DNA of 64,000 nucleotides from Lytechinus pictus. Its lineage: Eukaryota. The stretch lies in assembly GCF_037042905.1 (NCBI RefSeq), contig NC_087251.1, forward strand, positions 39,620,001-39,684,000, given 5' to 3'. A program made the translations under genes and the position numbers. Shown here one piece after another: positions 61,559 to 64,000 of this stretch. The notes under the pieces were generated by a model that had not been told where the DNA came from, searched no databases, and saw nothing but the letters and a program-made list of their open reading frames with translations. Position 1 is the stretch's first letter. Every line of letters begins with the position of its first letter.

Positions 61559-64000
61559 GGATTTGTCTTTGCCTTTGACTTTAATATAATTCTGATGCCC
61601 CTAATTAATTAAATGATAACAGCATATGCCCACATGTATTATTGAATGAATGAATGAATGAATGCTGAAATATAGAAATATATGAAAATTTAATAAATAG
61701 ATAAATAAGTGAAAATTAAGTAAAATAGTGCTTTGTATAGATAAATGGATGAAAATCTAATTCATGACTGAAAATACACTTGATCATTACACAGGCAAAT
61801 CACCTCCGGTGGCATGGATGAAGCAATTTATTTTAAATTTTTTGAAAGAAACAATTACACTTAAATTTATTCTAGACATCACACATATTCTGGATGTGTG
61901 ACATTCAATTGCAAATGAACTTGCACAATGAACCCAGTCTTTATGGTTTCTGAAATACAATGAAATTAAAGTGTGGTTACAAAAGAGAAACCAAGCTTGA
62001 AAAGACACCTATTGTCATCCAAGTAGTCAATGACTAATCATACAAACCACATTCTTCATATCTTGAGATCCAGATCTATAATTCAAATTGAATGGTTTCA
62101 ATAGAACTTGCAAAATTGTATCATGAATCAAACCTCTTTTCCCCCTTCATAGTGATCCTACGTGTATAGGTGACCAGAGTCAAACTTTTTATAAGGCATA
62201 TATTCTTTTATTTTTTTCTTTTATTTATCTTGGGGTAAATATATATTTATAGTGGATTGAATAAAAGAAATCATTAAAACTTGAAAAATGTATCGTGTAT
62301 CAATTTTTTTTAGTGCCTACCACATCATTACCGTTGGGCATATCTTTAAAGTTTAGCTTTGAGCTTTAGGGCTACACATAGGGGCCAAACTTTAATAATG
62401 CCTGTCCTTTATTTTTGAGAAATATATATATATATCTTAGCTGATTGAATTTCTATGAAATGGATGCTTATCAAGGGCAGGTGTGTAATTGCTGATTCCA
62501 GACAGAGGTGACTATTGACTGTCCATTCAATCTGAGAAACCACAGCAGCCATTCAGCATCAATGGCCCAAAGAATAGGTCTCCAATTTCACCCGTTCTTC
62601 TTGGGATCGGTGGTCCGTGCGGAGGCCAGTCCACTCCCGTGTTGAGGCCAGCCATTGAAGGAACAATGCATTACTCATGCTCCTTTGTGCATTGGAGTGG
62701 AGGATAAAGAAACTGTTGTATTCTTGAGATTTGGGAAATTATTAGAGTGAATCGGAGAAGGAAACAGGTAGCTAGCGTAAAAATGGAATGATTTGTTTGT
62801 GGATGTCTTGATAGATCTTGGATTTAGAGAATGCCATGTATGTACAATCATGTAAGTATTCAAGAACCTACATTATCAATTTCTTGTCGATGTTGCTTGT
62901 AACAGGAGCTCAGGGTATTTTCTCAAAAAATTTACCCCAAATGCTAATAACTTGGATGGTAACTTCCAAGGAAATAGAAATATTAGCATTGGAGGTTGAG
63001 TGATTTCTAGGAGGATATACATGTAAATGGAATTATCTGGTGGTCTGTCTCTGACAGATCACCTCTAAAATAATCAAAATATAGAATAAAAAATTATAGG
63101 CCTCCTGGTTGCACATACAGATGGCTTATGCCTTATCTTTATTTACTTACGCCTTTATCTTGCCAAAGCAATTATATAGATTGCCAGGATCAATGGCTCA
63201 TATCAGCATATGGTTTTTATGTCATAAACATTTCAAGATCATTAACAACTACATGTACATGTAAGAATGATAACATATCTTAAGTGTAAATCATAAAAGA
63301 TTTCTTCTAAAGTTTAGTTTAAACCATTTTCCAATGGAAAATGTACTTTACAAATATTGTTTAATCTGACCGTTCATGCAAATGCATAATGAAATAGGCC
63401 TACTTTGATTGTTTTATCTTTCAATATTTTGATGGGGTATAGATGTACTTTGACCTAAAGGCGACATAATTCTCCCCCCCCCCCAGTTTTCTTCCTCTTC
63501 TCTTCCTCCTTGTTTTTCTCCTCCACTCACTACTTGAAAAATAATGGAGGAGGTCACCCCCTTTCCCCCTGTACAGCACTACCCCTGTGTTATTGAGAGA
63601 AATAACTTGAAATTCGTTTAATTGATACATGCGTGTAATATTTTCAGAATCTATTAATTACCAGTGAAGCACTCCATTGGTATTGGCAAAATACACGAAC
63701 TGCACTGTGCAATGCCATCCATCCCATTCATGTGCAGATTAAGGTGTGAATTCTCCACTTTATTTAATTATGCCAAACCAATTAAACAGATTGCCAATAC
63801 CACAGGCAGATTGATATTCCACTTAAGGTAAACATTCTCCGAGAGTTATTCCACTTAAGGTAAACATACTCGGAGCAATAACTCTCAAATGTACATCTTC
63901 AGTCACGGTGAAGCAATAGGCTGTGTTCAAATTGTAATAACCAGATTGAAATTGTAATGATAATATCAATAGACATTTATATTGCGCCGTCTACATGCAT

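Overview
AT-rich, intron-containing animal DNA. The transposon and SINE repertoire suggests a marine deuterostome, probably a sea urchin (inference only). It holds two divergently transcribed genes. (1) A complete 10-coding-exon DNA polymerase eta gene (POLH) on the minus strand, 22600->10879, 2457 nt CDS, 818 aa, with all introns GT-AG and in phase. (2) The first four coding exons of an ASPP-family gene (TP53BP2/PPP1R13B-like) on the plus strand from 28506, continuing past the window end. Introns and intergenic DNA are packed with non-autonomous DNA transposons (Tc1-, hAT-, Harbinger-, Kolobok-, piggyBac-, Merlin-, Ginger-, Academ- and Helentron/HINE-like, assigned only from termini and target-site duplications), two SINE remnants and a degenerate GACAGACATATT satellite. 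I recognised no transposase ORF, and most short ORFs in the track look spurious. I found no clear novel multi-gene system. The best leads are a candidate internal ASPP first exon giving an isoform without the N-terminal ubiquitin-like domain, an AT-hook-like motif in the Pol eta tail, a 232-bp-arm foldback element with promoter motifs in POLH intron 1, tandem copies of an exon/donor junction in POLH intron 9, and the head-to-head POLH/ASPP arrangement.
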